DNA of 62,600 nt, counting the filler, from Rhabdomonas costata (lineage: Eukaryota): assembly GCA_019059605.1 (NCBI GenBank). It is 30 parts of 30 records of this genome, joined end to end, with 100 filler letters (N's around TTAATTAATTAA, not from the genome) between each part and the next. Parts side by side here need not be neighbours in the genome. Positions count along the whole stretch, not along the records: positions 60,605 to 62,600 come from JAHMHO010006598.1; 29 more parts are not named here. One strand, written 5' to 3'. Shown one piece after another: positions 61,067 through 62,600 of the stretch; within the stretch, counting starts at the first letter, position 1, and every line of letters begins with the position of its first letter. The notes below the pieces were generated by a model. That model searched no databases and was not told the origin of the DNA. It was given only the letters and a program-made list of their open reading frames with translations. The translations under genes and the position numbers were made by a program.

Positions 61067-62450
61067 CCGCGATGCTGTCCCGGAGCCACACCACGAGCTC
61101 GGAGTCCAGCATGCTCTGGTGGAACCGGGCCTCCAGGTCCCGCACCGCCGCTGCCCCGTCGCCCGCGAAGCAGGGCAGCCCGCGGCCGGGAAGCATCATC
61201 TGCACCAAGGTCACGATCCTCTCCATCTGCTTCCGGCACTCCAGGAAGGCCGCCAGCAGAAGAACCTGCGAAAACCCACACGCTTCGTGCACTTGGCGGA
61301 GGCAAGCACTTACACAAGGGCGGGTTAGAGGAACAGGAACGAAAAGTTACAGGAACAGGAACAGGAAGGAAGGAAGGGAGGGAGGAAGGAAGGAAGGAAG
61401 GAAGAAAAAGCAGCACCTGTCAAACGTCAACAACCTTTCCAAAAACCAGTCCTCGATTCTATTGTGCTTACAATGTTTCACAAAGAGAAGAACGGCGAGA
61501 ACGTCAGCTCACAATTCACCTTCAAGAGAGCTCAGGGCATGCCCTGTTGTTCCCAAGTTACCTTTTGTATTGCATTGCCTTCAAAACAAAAAAAGAACTC
61601 AACGCAGCAACACATGCTAATGCTTCATACACGCAGCGGATCTCCAAAAAACTGGAATGCAACGCACAACGCTTCAAGAACAGAAGTGACAGAGACGAGG
61701 TAATCAAAACGCACACAGCACACCTTGAAGTAGTCAAAGAGGTCGGAGGTTGCCCCGCCCATGATCTCGATGTACTCTCCGGGAAGCTTGAACGGCGCGG
61801 CCTCGAAGTTCAACCGGCCCGGGGAGTTGCTCAGCATGAACCCAAAGTCGATGTGCACCAGGTGCCCACTGCGCAGGAGCAGGATGTTGCCGTTATGCCT
61901 GAAAAGAGCAGCATGAGCATTCAACTCACAACCCCTTTCCTTCTGTGAACCTGCCGAATCGCACAGCTTTTCCGCGACTCCAGGACAATCGCATGCCGAA
62001 ATATAGCGGCACAACATCCCGGTATCGCTTTAAACCCACAATGACTCCAAATAAGGAATACCCAGCGTCCAAATTGGGGCACATGGAAAGAGTTCGGAGA
62101 GGTAGAATGGTGGGGATGAAAGAGCAATGAGGCAACTCAAAAAGCAAAAGGGGGATCAAAAAGGATCTGCAATGCAGCAGTCAAAAAACATTATCAGGGT
62201 TCAAAAACCCATGCCACATCTCGAAGTTCCAGAGAAAGGCGAGTACTTGGAAGGGAATTTTGTCCTCTCACCACCCCCGAAAAAAAAAGAAAAGGGAGGA
62301 GAGCTGAAAGGGCGAGATCCCTGGGCGATACAGATGCACGAACCTGTCCTTGACTTGGAGGAGGTAAGTCACCAGCGAGTACCCTGCTAAGCTCTCCGTA
62401 AAGTTCCGCTGAGCCCGCTTGAACGTCGCAGAATTGGAGTCCCCATAGGC
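61067..62450 (-). CDS. PI4KB: Phosphatidylinositol 4-kinase type III beta, catalytic domain, three exons
   Basis: Exons are 62450-62344 (FKRAQRNFTESLAGYSLVTYLLQVKDR), 61898-61724 (HNGNILL..GHLVHIDFGFMLSNSPG..FEAAPFKL) and 61265-61067 (FLECRK..LPCF...L..RFH). Confidence 0.95.
61364..61404. repeat. (GGAA)n-like intronic microsatellite
   Basis: Imperfect GGAA/GGAG run. Confidence 0.85.
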
Positions 62451-62600
62451 CTATTCAGCCAGTGCGACGGGGAGGGCAACGGATCTCTCTCATAGAAAAG
62501 ATGAAACACTGAGAAATGGCAGCACCGACACCGAATAGCTCTCGACCAAACTCGATTCCCACCCGCCCGGAGGGGAGAAGGCCGGCGCTTCCACCAACCC

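Noticed and set aside
4199-62450. Euglenid non-conventional (stem-forming, non-GT/AG) introns
   Set aside because: Every intron I could bound is explained by GT-AG or GC-AG; none required non-canonical ends.
1-62600. Gene neighbourhoods or operons across spacers, and most ORFs in the six-frame track
   Set aside because: The fragments are unrelated. Most listed ORFs are antisense or out-of-frame shadows of GC-rich exons, or intron read-through.

Overview
This window is not contiguous DNA. It consists of 30 unrelated fragments, 29 of them about 2.0 kb and one of 1.74 kb, joined by an artificial 100-nt spacer (N44-TTAATTAATTAA-N44). Most fragments start with ~10 G/T bases and end with ~10 A/C bases, as expected for whole-genome-amplification amplicons made with G/T-only primers. 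Several carry fold-back hairpins and homopolymer frameshifts. The DNA is nuclear DNA of an intron-rich eukaryote, so most ORFs in the supplied track are spurious and real genes must be spliced. Spliced fragments I could reconstruct: AMP deaminase-like, DUF4395, Sm/LSm, TOR, kelch, SMC2, Ulp1/SENP, TPR, PEX10, an SDR, FAM177, MORN, SPF30-like, a CS/NudC domain, a VP39-type cap 2'-O-methyltransferase, a HERC2/HECTD4-like segment, PI4-kinase III beta, and several unknown proteins. Frequent GC-AG introns, acceptor-like sites just before start codons, the VP39-type enzyme and a CRE-like retroelement suggest a euglenozoan (euglenid-like) host; this is an inference. The most interesting items are: (1) a decayed virus-type fibre gene abutting a non-coding repeat family that recurs on another fragment, a possible endogenous Polinton-like virus; (2) the intron-containing VP39-type methyltransferase; (3) about 10% GC-AG introns; (4) an intronless ORF built from ~644-aa tandem Ig + PC-esterase-like units. 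I found no rRNA, tRNA or CRISPR array.
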